Part shown: positions 18,937 through 29,140 of the stretch, in pieces
Layout of the letters: the number at the start of each line of letters is the position of its first letter
How positions within the stretch are numbered: position 1 is the first letter of the stretch
Source: an uncultured bacterium
GTDB lineage: Bacteria; Chloroflexota; UBA5177; JANWHV01
Length of the DNA stretch: 64,000 bases
Assembly (NCBI GenBank): GCA_963827235.1
Contig: CAWHAE010000009.1
Span: forward strand, 160,001-224,000
Reading direction: 5' to 3'
Notes under the pieces: model-generated
Database searches by the model: none
The model's input: only the letters and a program-made list of their open reading frames with translations
Told to the model about the DNA's origin: nothing
Program-made: the position numbers and the translations under genes

Positions 18937-19932
18937 CTACCCGAGCAGGCGCCGCACCGCGGACGCGATTCGCGCCGCATCCGGAATGGCGGCCGCTTCG
19001 AGCAGTGGACTGTACGGCAGGGGCACGTCCGCGAGGCACACGCGCGTGACCGGCGCGTCGAGGCTGTCGAACGCCTCCTCCTGCGCCAGTGCCGCCACGG
19101 TAGCCCCCCAGCCTCCTGTACGCGGCGCCTCCTCCACGACGATCAGGCGATTGGTCCGCTCGAGCGATCGATAGATGGCGCCAGTGTCGAGCGGCACCAG
19201 GCTGCGCAGATCGATCACCTCCATCTCGATCCCCTCCCCGGCCAGGATGCTCGCCGCTTCCACGGCCTGATGAACCATGGCCATGGTTGCTACCACCGTC
19301 ACGTCTCGCCCCGCGCGCACCGTGCAGGCCGTCCCCAATGGAATCACCTCCGCGTCGCCGGGAACCGGCGCCTTGATCCGGTTGTAGAGCGCCTTGTGCT
19401 CGAGGAAGACAACCGGATTCTCGTCGCGGATAGCCGCACGCAGCAGCCCTTTGGCGTCCGCCGGCGAGGATGGTGCCACCAGCTTCAGGCCGGGCATACC
19501 CATGAGAACCACCTCGAGCGTCTGCGAGTGCTGGGCCCCGAAGGAGAGCCCGCCGCCGCAGGCTGCGCGAATGACCAGGGGTGCGGAGAACTGGCCGCCG
19601 CTCATGAACCGGTACTTGGCAACCTGATTGCCTATCCCGTCGAAAGCCACCATGGCGAAGTCGGCGAACATCAGGTTGACCACGGGCCGCATGCCGGTGA
19701 GCGCGGCACCCAGGGCGGCTCCGATTATTGCCTGCTCGGAGATCGGCGCGTCCCACACACGTGTCGGCCCGAATTCCTCGAACAGACCGGCCGTCTCTTT
19801 GAAGGCGCCGCCCGCCTGGCCGACATCCTCGCCGATCAGCACCACGCGCGAGTCCCGCCGCATCTCCTCGGCCAGGGCATCGCGAATGGCGTCCCGGAAA
19901 CTCACCTCGGCCGGAGCGCTAAGCGTAGACAT
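18937..19932 (-). CDS. TPP-dependent 2-oxoacid/acetoin dehydrogenase E1 beta subunit
   Basis: GEDVG, DAPISEQAIIG, GAQHSQ, NPVVFLEHK, EVIDLRSLVPLD. Confidence 0.93.
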   Translation of the reverse strand: MSTLSAPAEVSFRDAIRDALAEEMRRDSRVVLIGEDVGQAGGAFKETAGLFEEFGPTRVWDAPISEQAIIGAALGAALTGMRPVVNLMFADFAMVAFDGIGNQVAKYRFMSGGQFSAPLVIRAACGGGLSFGAQHSQTLEVVLMGMPGLKLVAPSSPADAKGLLRAAIRDENPVVFLEHKALYNRIKAPVPGDAEVIPLGTACTVRAGRDVTVVATMAMVHQAVEAASILAGEGIEMEVIDLRSLVPLDTGAIYRSLERTNRLIVVEEAPRTGGWGATVAALAQEEAFDSLDAPVTRVCLADVPLPYSPLLEAAAIPDAARIASAVRRLLG

Positions 19933-20878
19933 AGCTACTCATATCCTCCGCCAGCACTGCCGCCTCGCGCGCCTCGTGCTCCGCAGCGTCGACCCGCTCC
20001 CGCGCGGCGGCCTGAATCAGGGCGTCGGCAGCCTCGTCCAACAGTCTGCGATCCATCAGGCGCCTGCTCGACAACGTCAGGGGGTCGCGGGCGAGCCAGT
20101 ATTCAACCTCCTCGCGCGGCCGATACGTGCCCGGATCCGAGCGGGAATGGCCGCGCTGGCGGTACGTCTCGCACTCGATCAGCATGGGCCCGCCCCCTTC
20201 CCGCGCGCGATCCACGGCCCGGCGTGTGACGGCAAACACCGCTTCCACGTCGTTGCCGTCCACCCTCGCCGAGGGCATGCCGTAGGCTCCGGCCCGCTCG
20301 GCCACGTGGGCCACCGGGCTGGTACGTGCAAAGGGGGTGTATTCGCCGTAGAGATTGTTCTCGCAGACAAAGATGACCGGCAGTCGCCAGACGGCGGCAA
20401 GATTGAGAGACTCGTGGAACGCGCCGATGTTCACGGAGCCGTCGCCGAAGAACGCCACCGCGACCTGGTCCGTGCCGCGCAGGCGGATCGACCACGCGGC
20501 GCCGACCGCCACCGGCAGCCCGGCCCCCACGATGGCAAACGATCCCAGTGCTCCGCATCCCGCGTCCGCCAGGTGCATGGAGCCGCCCAGGCCGCGACAG
20601 AGTCCAGTAGCGCGACCCATGATCTCGGCCATCGCCCGCGTCGGATCGGCGCCCTTGGCCAGCACCTGGCCATGACCACGGTACGTGCAGGTCATGTAGT
20701 CATCGTGGCGCAGCGCGGCGCACACGCCCACTGCCACGGCTTCCTGTCCCTGACAGAGATGCGTCGTGCCGGAGACGTCTCCCTGCACGAAGAGCTCCTG
20801 CACGCGGTCCTCGAATTCCCGGATCAGCCACATCATGCGGTAAGCGGCAAGCAGGTCCAGATCGCCGGATGCGTTCAT
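19919..20878 (-). CDS. TPP-dependent dehydrogenase E1 alpha subunit
   Basis: HLCQGQEA, TYRGHG, GGSMH, TPP motif FFGDGS...ENN, TYRQRGHS. Confidence 0.93.
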   Translation of the reverse strand: MNASGDLDLLAAYRMMWLIREFEDRVQELFVQGDVSGTTHLCQGQEAVAVGVCAALRHDDYMTCTYRGHGQVLAKGADPTRAMAEIMGRATGLCRGLGGSMHLADAGCGALGSFAIVGAGLPVAVGAAWSIRLRGTDQVAVAFFGDGSVNIGAFHESLNLAAVWRLPVIFVCENNLYGEYTPFARTSPVAHVAERAGAYGMPSARVDGNDVEAVFAVTRRAVDRAREGGGPMLIECETYRQRGHSRSDPGTYRPREEVEYWLARDPLTLSSRRLMDRRLLDEAADALIQAAARERVDAAEHEAREAAVLAEDMSSYVYA

Positions 20879-21005
20879 GGCGCGTTAGTCACCTCAGTGT
20901 CGTCGGTGCTGTATGAGCCTGCGCGTGGGTTTCATGCTCTTGCGGGCGTGGGGCCTCGGCAGACCGACCATGGGCAGGCTCGACGGACCGCCGCAAGATA
21001 CGATT

Positions 21006-21021
21006 CTGGAAGCGATTGCAG
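21006..21021. promoter_or_regulatory. LacI-type operator upstream of E1 alpha
   Basis: CTGGAAGCGATTGCAG, 15/16 identical to the site at 23316. Confidence 0.65.
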
Positions 21022-21071
21022 GAATTGTAACATGCAAGAGCCGGTCGCGCAACGTCGGTCTTGAGGCTTGC

Positions 21072-22205
21072 TCAGTGCGATCCGGGCGTGCTCCTGTAGC
21101 GCTCTACCACATCCTCCCGCACCCGGATGCCCAGGCCCGGCCCCTCGGGCGGCAGCATCCAGCCGTCGACGTGATCGAACGGCTTGTCCACCAGGTCGTG
21201 CTGCATGGGATTCCACAGCGGCTTGACCTCGAATTGCCGGCAGATCGGCGTGCTGAAGGAGATTGCCAGGCTCGCCGCGGTGACGATGGCCGAAGACCAG
21301 GCATGCGCGTTTGCCTGCGCGTGTGCCGCCTCCGCGTCCCCGCACACGCGCAGAAAGCCGCTGATCCCTTCCGCTCGCCCCGGATCGACGCCGACCACGT
21401 CGACTGTCCCCGTCTGCAGGATGCGCCGGTAGCCCGCGGCCGTCCACTCTCGCTCGCCATAGGCGATTCGCGTCTCCGTCCTGGCACGCAGCGCCGCGTA
21501 TCCGACCGGGTCATCCGCTCCCAGGGGCTCCTCTATCCAGCCCAGCTCGTACTCCTCCATGGCCCGCACGCGCTTGATCGCAGTGCCGACGTCCCAGCGA
21601 ACGGCGTTGCCGATGTCGATCATGATCTGCTTGTCCGGCCCAAGGGCTCGGCGCAAAGTCGCTACGAAGGCGACGTCACGCGTGTGCTCGAAGCCGAGAC
21701 GGGCCTCGCCTCGCTTGCCGAAACCCACCTTGATGCCGTGAAGCCCGTTGCCCACCCAGCCGGCCATCTCCTCGACCAGCGTCGACAGCTCTGCCCGCGT
21801 GGCATGGCACGACACGATGGCCGGCAGGCGCTCTTTGCAGGGACCGCCCAGGAGCGTGAGCACGGAGGTACCAAGCGCCTTGCCCTTGAGATCCCAGAGA
21901 GCAATGTCGAGCGCGGCGATGGCGAACGAGGCGATGCCGCCCACGCCGTACCACCAAGCATGCTCCTTGAGCAGCCGCCACAGGCTGTCGGTATCGACCG
22001 GATCGCGGTCGATCAGCAGCGGCGCCATGCCGTCCACGATAGCTTTCGTGGCCCACGACGCTTCCGGCCACATGGTGACCGCCTCGCCCCATCCCACCTG
22101 CCCGTCGTCCGCCCGCACGCGCACGAGGCAGAGATGACGCACGGCATTGTTGTCGTTGGGCTCAGGGTAGGCGATCGGAATGGCCTCGATCGACTCAATG
22201 CGCAT
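21072..22205 (-). CDS. Mandelate racemase/muconate lactonizing enzyme family protein
   Basis: ALDIALWDLKGKALG, IKVGFGK, MIDIGN, WIEEPL, GEREW, GPGLGI. Confidence 0.92.
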   Translation of the reverse strand: MRIESIEAIPIAYPEPNDNNAVRHLCLVRVRADDGQVGWGEAVTMWPEASWATKAIVDGMAPLLIDRDPVDTDSLWRLLKEHAWWYGVGGIASFAIAALDIALWDLKGKALGTSVLTLLGGPCKERLPAIVSCHATRAELSTLVEEMAGWVGNGLHGIKVGFGKRGEARLGFEHTRDVAFVATLRRALGPDKQIMIDIGNAVRWDVGTAIKRVRAMEEYELGWIEEPLGADDPVGYAALRARTETRIAYGEREWTAAGYRRILQTGTVDVVGVDPGRAEGISGFLRVCGDAEAAHAQANAHAWSSAIVTAASLAISFSTPICRQFEVKPLWNPMQHDLVDKPFDHVDGWMLPPEGPGLGIRVREDVVERYRSTPGSH

Positions 22206-22414
22206 CGGCGTCCTCCTATCGCGCTGTCAGCAGACCTATCTATCCTATCGCAGTCATAACCGGCCGGGCGTTTTGCATAGAGCCCTTCTATGGCATCGTA
22301 TAGCGAGCGGCTTATAGCTTCCCAGTGCGAATGGCACGGCAGGCGGTCCGTGAGCATGCCGCGGGGTGAATAGCCGGGTGACGGCTAGGCTGGTGAGAGC
22401 GAAGGGATAGTCAC

Positions 22415-23182
22415 ATGGCCTGGAGCGTTGGAGCGGGACTCGAGGGAAAAGGCGTTCTGGTCACCGGGGCAGCGGGGGGCATTGGGCGCCCGGTGGCGGA
22501 GGCGTTCGCGCTCGCCGGGGCGCGCGTGATGGCCGTCGACCTGAGCCAGGACGCCGTCGACGACGTCGTAGCAGGATTGGCAGGCGACGGACATCGCGCC
22601 GTCGCCGCCGACTTGCGGGACATCGGCGCCCACGGCGCGCTGGTGGCCCGCGCCCGGACGGAGCTGGGCTCGCTGGACGTGCTCGCCCACGTGGCCGCCG
22701 TGCTGCTCCGGCGCGCCGACCTCGACGAGGTGAGCGAAGACGATTGGGACCGGCAGCTCGACCTGAATCTGAAGGCGAGCTTCTTCCTCTGCCGGGCCGC
22801 GGCCCGCGTGATGCGCGCCGCGGGCCGTGGCGGACGCATCATCACCTTCACGTCTCAGGGCTGGTGGACCGGCGGCTTCGGCGGCTCGGTCGTCTACAGC
22901 GCCTCGAAGGGCGGTATCGTCTCGCTCACGCGCGGCCTCGCCCGCACCTACGGGCCCCATGGCATCACGGTCAACGCCGTCTCACCGGGCCTCGTGCGGA
23001 CGCCTATGCTCACCGACGGATTGGCCGGCGACACGTACGAGACAATGCTTCGCCAGGTACCGCTCGGGCGGGTGGCCGAGCCGTCCGAGCTCGCTGGCAC
23101 CGTCGTCTTCCTGGCCAGCGACCACGCCACCTACATAACCGGCGCCACGATCAACGTCAGCGGCGGATTCCTGATGTATTAG
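22415..23182 (+). CDS. SDR-family NAD(P)-dependent oxidoreductase
   Basis: TGAAGGIG, catalytic YSASKGG, VNAVSPG. Confidence 0.93.
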   Translation: MAWSVGAGLEGKGVLVTGAAGGIGRPVAEAFALAGARVMAVDLSQDAVDDVVAGLAGDGHRAVAADLRDIGAHGALVARARTELGSLDVLAHVAAVLLRRADLDEVSEDDWDRQLDLNLKASFFLCRAAARVMRAAGRGGRIITFTSQGWWTGGFGGSVVYSASKGGIVSLTRGLARTYGPHGITVNAVSPGLVRTPMLTDGLAGDTYETMLRQVPLGRVAEPSELAGTVVFLASDHATYITGATINVSGGFLMY

Positions 23183-23274
23183 CGGTCTGTCAACCGGCTA
23201 TCGTTGCGGAATGGAGACGGCCCGAGACCGGGGCGCCTGCCGCGGCGGCTCGCAAATGGCAGCAGAAGCGTGCC

Positions 23275-23331
23275 TTGACTCTCACCGGGACACACGCTAC
23301 TGTGGGAATTGCCGGCTGGAATCGATTGCAG
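23275..23331 (+). promoter_or_regulatory. Sigma70-type promoter and LacI-type operator
   Basis: TTGACT-17 bp-TACTGT, then CTGGAATCGATTGCAG at 23316-23331. Confidence 0.65.
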
Positions 23332-23351
23332 GGTCGAGAGGAGCGCCTCGC

Positions 23352-24416
23352 ATGGGGAAGTTGCGCCTTGGTGTGATTGGCGCCGGATCGTGGGCGGTCG
23401 CTTCGCACCTTCCGAACCTGGAGCGCCGCCGCGACGACGTCGAGTTCGTCGCCGTCAGCCGGCGCGGTCGTGCACAGCTCGAGATGATCCGCGACCGATA
23501 CGGCTTCGCCGTGGCCAGCGAAGACTATCACGACGTGCTCGCCGCCGGTATCGACATCTGCGTTGTGGCCAGCCCCTCGGCCCTGCACTACGAGCACGTT
23601 ATGGCTGCCCTGAAGGCCGGGGCCTCCGTGCTCCTGGAGAAGCCGGTGACGGTCAATGCCCGGCAGGCCTGGGACCTCGTGGAGGCGGCGCAGCGGCTGG
23701 ACCGCGACGTGGTCATCGCCTACGGCTGGAACTACAAGCCTATGGTGCGCGAGGCGAAACGGCTGCTCTCCGAAGGGCGCGGCATCGGCACCGTCGAGCA
23801 GGTCATGGTCAGCATGTCCTCGGCCACTCGAGAGCTCCTGTCCCATACGGGCTCCTACCCGGATGCCTCCGGCGAGGTGGCGCCCGATCCCGCGACCTGG
23901 ACCGATCCCCGCCTCTCGGGCGGCGGCTACGCGCAAGCGCAGCTCTCCCACGCCCTGGGCCTGGCGCTCTGGCTTACCGGGTTGACTGGCAAAGAGGTAT
24001 TCGCCCTCATGTCCGCGCCGCTCTCGGCGCCGGTCGAGCTGCACGATGCGATGGTGATTCGCTTCCAGAACGACGCCATCGGCACAGTCTCCGGAGGCTC
24101 CGCACACCAGGCAGCCGACGGCGGCAAGCATCACCTGGAGGTTCGCGCCATCGGCTCTGAAGGCCAGCTTCTGGTCGACGTGGCTCGAGAGGCCGTGTGG
24201 CTGTTCAATCGCGATCGCGGCGACCTCAAGCTGCCGATCCCGGCCGAAGCCGGCCGTTACGACTGCGTCGGCCCGGTAGACGCTCTGGTGGATCGCGCCC
24301 TCGGACGCCCGGCCGAGAATTGCTCGCCACTCGAGCTGGGAGCGCGCACTGTCGAGATCCTCGACGCCGCCTACCGCAGCGCCGCCACCGGCCGGTTGGC
24401 GCCCGTACGGCGCTAG
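23352..24416 (+). CDS. Gfo/Idh/MocA-family oxidoreductase
   Basis: LRLGVIGAG, VLLEKPVT, GGGYAQAQLSHALG. Confidence 0.92.
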   Translation: MGKLRLGVIGAGSWAVASHLPNLERRRDDVEFVAVSRRGRAQLEMIRDRYGFAVASEDYHDVLAAGIDICVVASPSALHYEHVMAALKAGASVLLEKPVTVNARQAWDLVEAAQRLDRDVVIAYGWNYKPMVREAKRLLSEGRGIGTVEQVMVSMSSATRELLSHTGSYPDASGEVAPDPATWTDPRLSGGGYAQAQLSHALGLALWLTGLTGKEVFALMSAPLSAPVELHDAMVIRFQNDAIGTVSGGSAHQAADGGKHHLEVRAIGSEGQLLVDVAREAVWLFNRDRGDLKLPIPAEAGRYDCVGPVDALVDRALGRPAENCSPLELGARTVEILDAAYRSAATGRLAPVRR

Positions 24417-24429
24417 CGCATCAGTCAAC

Positions 24430-24818
24430 AGAGACACGTCGAGAGCAAGCGCGACCTCTACTCGCTGGCAGGGGTGCTCGGGTACGTGGTCTTCGACCCC
24501 ACGGCTGAACACATCGTCGAGCGAATACGTGCGTGGCGCTCCGCGGACGACGTGTTCGAGCCCTGGCTGCCGGCACCACGCGCAGACGGGCAGCCCGCCT
24601 GGGACAGCCGCGTGCTGGGTCTCGCCCTCCGTGCCGAGGGACCCTTGCTGCGTTTCGACCATCCGCTGCTTGGGCCGCTACTTGGACGGCGCGAAGTGGT
24701 GGATCGGTACCGGATGGCCAAGCAAGCAGCCGACGCGGCAGAACGCCGCGCGCTTGCCGCGGAGCAAGAAATTGGCGTCTTGCAGGCTGAGCTCCGGCAC
24801 CTCAGGGGCGGCTTGTAG
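24430..24818 (+). pseudogene. Uma2-family endonuclease, C-terminal remnant
   Basis: KRDLYSLAGVLGYVVFDP, SRVLGLAL and a coiled-coil tail; the N-terminal catalytic part is missing. Confidence 0.65.
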
Positions 24819-24839
24819 AGGTAGGCTGTGCCCCCTTGC

Positions 24840-25874
24840 TCAGGTAGCAGCTCCGGCGCCGGCCAGTCCGCACGAGGCCCGTGGCTCGAAGTGCGTCTCC
24901 AGCGTCGCGATCTCGGGCTCGTTGCTCCCATGCAGCCGGCGCAGCAGGAGCTGGGCGGCCACGCGGCCCATGGCGACGTTGTCGCGTGAGATCGTGGCAA
25001 TAGGAGGCGTGAACAGCTCCGCCAGCGGCACCTCGTCGCAGGTGACCAGGCCAAGGTCCTCTCCCAGCTTCAATCCTCGCTTGACGATCGCTCGCAGACA
25101 GCCGGTCAAGAGCTGGTTGTAGCCCACCACGACTGCAGTGGGCGCGTCCGCTCTGTCGAGCAGCTCGCCGGTAATCGCCTCGCACTCCTGCTCGGAGAGC
25201 CACCCAGCTCGGTGGATGAACGTCTCGGGCAGGCCGCGGGCAGTGTAGGCGGCTCGAAGCCCCAGCAGGCGCTCGCGCCCGGGACGAATGTCGGTGGGCA
25301 GTGAGATCAGTGCGATGCGCCGATGCCCGAGATCGAGCAGGCAGCCGGCCGCCCGTTCCATACCCGTCCTGTGCTCGGACAGCACGGCGCTGGCTCGCAG
25401 TCGTCGAGGCAAATCGCGATCGATGGCCACGATAGGCACGTCGACGCGCGAAAGAGCCTCCAGCGTAGCACGCTTCCGCTCGCTGGACAGGGACACGATC
25501 AGACCGTCCACTCGCCTGCTCTGCAGGAACCGCACGTCGGCGGCGTCGAGGTCGGGGTCGTTCTGCGAGTTCATCAACAGCAAGGAGTAGCCTGCTGCTC
25601 GCAGCACCTCCTCCGCGCCGCGCACGATCTTGGCGGCAATCGACGGGTTGGCGATGTCCGTCAGAGTGAACCCTACCGAAAGCGTGGCCCCGCGTCGCAG
25701 GCTCTGGGCGAGGAAGTCCGGCGTATATCCGAGCTGCTCCACCACCCGCAACACCCGCTCGCGCATGAGTGGACTGACGTCCGGGTGACCGGACATCACG
25801 CGGGACACAGTCGACATGGCCACTCCCGCCTCCTGCGCGACCTGGCGCATGTCCGGCCTGCGGGCGTTGGTCAT
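24840..25874 (-). CDS. LacI-family transcriptional regulator
   Basis: MRQVAQEAGVAMSTVSRVMSG HTH; LGYTPDFLAQSLR; TPPIATI. Confidence 0.93.
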   Translation of the reverse strand: MTNARRPDMRQVAQEAGVAMSTVSRVMSGHPDVSPLMRERVLRVVEQLGYTPDFLAQSLRRGATLSVGFTLTDIANPSIAAKIVRGAEEVLRAAGYSLLLMNSQNDPDLDAADVRFLQSRRVDGLIVSLSSERKRATLEALSRVDVPIVAIDRDLPRRLRASAVLSEHRTGMERAAGCLLDLGHRRIALISLPTDIRPGRERLLGLRAAYTARGLPETFIHRAGWLSEQECEAITGELLDRADAPTAVVVGYNQLLTGCLRAIVKRGLKLGEDLGLVTCDEVPLAELFTPPIATISRDNVAMGRVAAQLLLRRLHGSNEPEIATLETHFEPRASCGLAGAGAAT

Positions 25875-26701
25875 GAAGCGCGCAACACGTCCCGCAGCAT
25901 CGCGGTCTGCCCCAGCACGTCCACCTCTTCTTTGCCGCCCCACTCCGTGAACGGCACGAATTCGATGCAGATGGCGCCCTGGTAGCCGTGCCGGTCGAGC
26001 CGCCTGCGAATGTCCGTGAAATCGATCTCGCTGAATCGCGCTGCCGTCTGCAGGTGGCCTGCCGCCGCATGGCGCGCGTGCACGTGACCGGCGAGCGGCA
26101 ACAGATCGTGTACCTCGTCCACCGTGTATCGCTGCACCAGGAAGTGCGAATAGTCCAGCGTGAGATGCAGTCCGGGCACCGCTTCCACCAGCGCGCGCGC
26201 CTTGACCGGCGTATCGGCCACCGAGTCGAGATGAGGCTCGACCTGCAGCGGCATGCCCCCCGCCTCGGCGGCGGCCACGAGGCCGCGCAGAGCATGCGCG
26301 GCAAGCTCGAGCGAGCGATCGGGACCCAGGTCGGGCCAGATCACCCCGGGGAGCGTGGTGAGACCGCGAGCGCCACAGGCACGGGCGCATGCCGCCATGG
26401 CGCGCACGACGCGCTCGTTCTCCGCGCGCACCGCTTCGGATGGCGAATTCGCCGCGCGATCGGCGAAGTCTTTGCCGAACGTGAAGAAGAGCTGGCACAC
26501 GCCGATCCCGGCGCGCTCGCTCGCCGCGCGTATCCGCGCGGCGGCAGCCTCTGGATCGGCAGTCACCTCTTCCGCCGGCACGTGTTCGCTGCCCGTATAG
26601 CAGTCGACGTCCACGAGGTCGAGACCGAGCAACCCAATGACTGTCACCGCGTTCTCAAACGAGAGCGCTGAAAACGAGGCCGACGTGCAACTCAGCCGCA
26701 T
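25871..26701 (-). CDS. Sugar-phosphate isomerase/epimerase (xylose-isomerase-like TIM barrel)
   Basis: VEPH, LTLDYSHF, HVHAR, GYQGAICIEF metal-binding motifs. Confidence 0.85.
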   Translation of the reverse strand: MRLSCTSASFSALSFENAVTVIGLLGLDLVDVDCYTGSEHVPAEEVTADPEAAAARIRAASERAGIGVCQLFFTFGKDFADRAANSPSEAVRAENERVVRAMAACARACGARGLTTLPGVIWPDLGPDRSLELAAHALRGLVAAAEAGGMPLQVEPHLDSVADTPVKARALVEAVPGLHLTLDYSHFLVQRYTVDEVHDLLPLAGHVHARHAAAGHLQTAARFSEIDFTDIRRRLDRHGYQGAICIEFVPFTEWGGKEEVDVLGQTAMLRDVLRAS

Positions 26702-26930
26702 GATCGTACTCCTCCGGCAGCAATCGCTGCCGGTATCGTATCGTGGGCGCTCGCTGCGGTCAACGGCGCGCGTAGCCTGTCGACGACCTTTCCGAGAGGA
26801 TCGGTTCTTCTGCGACCCCAGCGTCTGCATCCTCTCGCGCGCCGGCAGCGGACCGATCCGCCCTCTCGTGATAGCATGGTGCACGGCACCGGCATTGTCG
26901 GAGCCGCCCACGGGAAAGGAGTGAGACACG

Positions 26931-27245
26931 GTGCAACGAATCGCCTTCATACTTGGAGTGAAGCCCGGCCAGGAGAAGGAATACCGCGCGCGACACGACA
27001 ACATCTGGCCCGAGATGTCTGCATTGCTCACGGAAGCCGGCATGCGCAACTACTCTATCTTCCGCCAGGGCACCCAGCTGTTTGCTTACTGCGAGGTGGA
27101 CGACTGGAAGGAGACCGTCCGGCGGCTGAATGCCAGCGACGTCAATAGCCGGTGGCAGGAGTACATGTCGGATATCCTGGTTGCGGATATCGACCCAAGC
27201 ACGGGTTCCTATTACCTGCTGGAAGAGATGTTCCATCATCAGTAG
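26931..27245 (+). CDS. L-rhamnose mutarotase family protein
   Basis: EYRARHDNIWPEM, GMRNYSIF, RWQEYM, LEEMFH. Confidence 0.9.
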   Translation: MQRIAFILGVKPGQEKEYRARHDNIWPEMSALLTEAGMRNYSIFRQGTQLFAYCEVDDWKETVRRLNASDVNSRWQEYMSDILVADIDPSTGSYYLLEEMFHHQ

Positions 27246-27274
27246 CGGCGATGCCACGCCGTGAGGAGGCAGAG

Positions 27275-27598
27275 ATGATTCACGAGCTGCGCGTTTACGA
27301 TGCGGTGCCGGGCCGCCTACCCGACCTGCACGCGCGCTTCACCAACCTCACCCTGGGGCTGTTTCGCAAGCATGGCATCGAGGTCGTCGCCTTCTGGGAG
27401 GACATCATCGGCACGAACAATCGCCTGACCTACATCGTGGCCTACGAGGACATGGCCCACCGCGACCGCGCCTGGACTGCGTTCAGCAACGACCCCGATT
27501 GGATCGCGGGCCGGGCCAAGACGGAGGAAAACGGACCCCTGGTAGCGCGAGTGACCAACACGCTGATGCGTCCCACCGACTATTCGCCGCTGCGCTGA
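27275..27598 (+). CDS. NIPSNAP-family protein
   Basis: MIHELRVY...PGRLPDLHARF, FSNDPDW, MRPTDYSP. Confidence 0.9.
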   Translation: MIHELRVYDAVPGRLPDLHARFTNLTLGLFRKHGIEVVAFWEDIIGTNNRLTYIVAYEDMAHRDRAWTAFSNDPDWIAGRAKTEENGPLVARVTNTLMRPTDYSPLR

Positions 27599-28009
27599 CC
27601 GCTGCCCGATCGACGGGAGCGGAACCACGTGCCCGCTCCCGTGTCTCCCCCCGATCGTGCGTCTGCGACACGTGCCTGCCCGCGGCCGGTGAATTGCCGG
27701 AACTGACTCGCCTGCCCGGGACAGTCCGCGTCTCGGAATGGACTCTGCATGCCCGTTGCCTCCACGAGGCGGGCGAGACGCCGGCGCCCACCCGGGGGCA
27801 ATCGGCTCCTCCGCGACGTCAGCGTCAACATCCTTCTCCAGACTGTTGGTTCGACTACGGGCGCGCCGGTCCGGTTCCTGGACGTCTCTACCGCCGTCCC
27901 AAGTCGCTGCCGGCCTCCCTCGCCCAACCGCGGGCGCAGGCTGGCTTTGTATACTAGGAGTCGCGTTTGGCCTTGCAGCGGGCTGAGTGGAAGAAGCGCG
28001 ATCGCCCCT

Positions 28010-28822
28010 ATGATTTCCCTGTTCGTAATCGTCGCCACCCTGCTCAGCACGAATCTCTATGCCCTGTCGCGCTCCCGGCGCCTCAGCCGGATCCCGTTCG
28101 CAGTGGCCGTCGCCGCCCTGGTCGTCGCCGTCCTTGGTCCATTCGCCGGCGTCCTTCGCCTGCCGCTACCGAGCAGCTTCCTGCTGCTCTGGCTGCTGTT
28201 CATACCCATTGCCGCCATTTGCGCGGTCGCGGCCACGCTGCTGGGAGTGCTCGGCCTGGCCGCCGAGGCGTTCGCCGCCGTGTCGCCTGCCGGCCGGCAA
28301 CCGGCACCGCGGCACCGGTGCCGCCGTTGGATACTCACGGCCATTCCCGCCGCCCTGATACTGGCCGCGGCCGTTTCGAATCTCGTCACTCCCTTGCGCC
28401 TGCTGGACGCGTCGGTGCAGGGCGTAGAGACCAGCGCGGGAACCGTGGTCGGCGACACGCGCTACGGCGCAAGCTTCACGGCCGCCGTGAGCGGCCGGGT
28501 CGCGGGCAACCTTACTGCCAGCGTCAACTACCGCCCTGCCTATCCCCGGCCCGTGTTCACGCACTCGGTGACCGGCGGGAGCTGGTCGTTCGCCGCCTAC
28601 CAGCACGGCCAATACCGCGGCACACTCTATGGATCGGTCGGACCGGGCACCCTGCACTGGAACGTCGACGTGACCCAGGGCGACATCCAGGTCGACTTCG
28701 TCGTCGTCGGGGGCACCGGCGCCTACCTGGGAGCGCGCGGCCACCTGCGCTTTTCAGGCAGCCTGCTCCACACCACGTTTCCGCCGACCGTGGCCGGCAA
28801 TCTGCAAACCGACCTGAGCTGA
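28010..28822 (+). CDS. Membrane protein with a C-terminal beta-rich (dirigent/allene-oxide-cyclase-like) domain
   Basis: About four hydrophobic segments, then a beta-rich domain with VVGGTGAYLGARG. Confidence 0.55.
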   Translation: MISLFVIVATLLSTNLYALSRSRRLSRIPFAVAVAALVVAVLGPFAGVLRLPLPSSFLLLWLLFIPIAAICAVAATLLGVLGLAAEAFAAVSPAGRQPAPRHRCRRWILTAIPAALILAAAVSNLVTPLRLLDASVQGVETSAGTVVGDTRYGASFTAAVSGRVAGNLTASVNYRPAYPRPVFTHSVTGGSWSFAAYQHGQYRGTLYGSVGPGTLHWNVDVTQGDIQVDFVVVGGTGAYLGARGHLRFSGSLLHTTFPPTVAGNLQTDLS

Positions 28823-29140
28823 GTCCCATCATCTCCATCAGTACCACCCGCCCTTTTCCGCTGCCTCGGCCGGCCCATCCCTACCCTCCATACCCGGAGG
28901 CTACATTCCACCACCCATCCGGGACCGCGGTCCGCCCTCTGCTGTCTTGCGATCACAAGCGCAGGCTGCCGGTCCCCGTCCAGCCGCGACCTACTGCGGA
29001 TCGCAATCGCAGGCTACCATCCCGGCGCACCGCGCTCAGCAGTACAATGGCCAGCGGACGCCGCGCGGCGAGGCGACCTTTCGAGCAGTCGCCGCGGCGC
29101 CGGGCTCGTACCGAGTGTGCATCGTTGGTGGAGGGCGACT

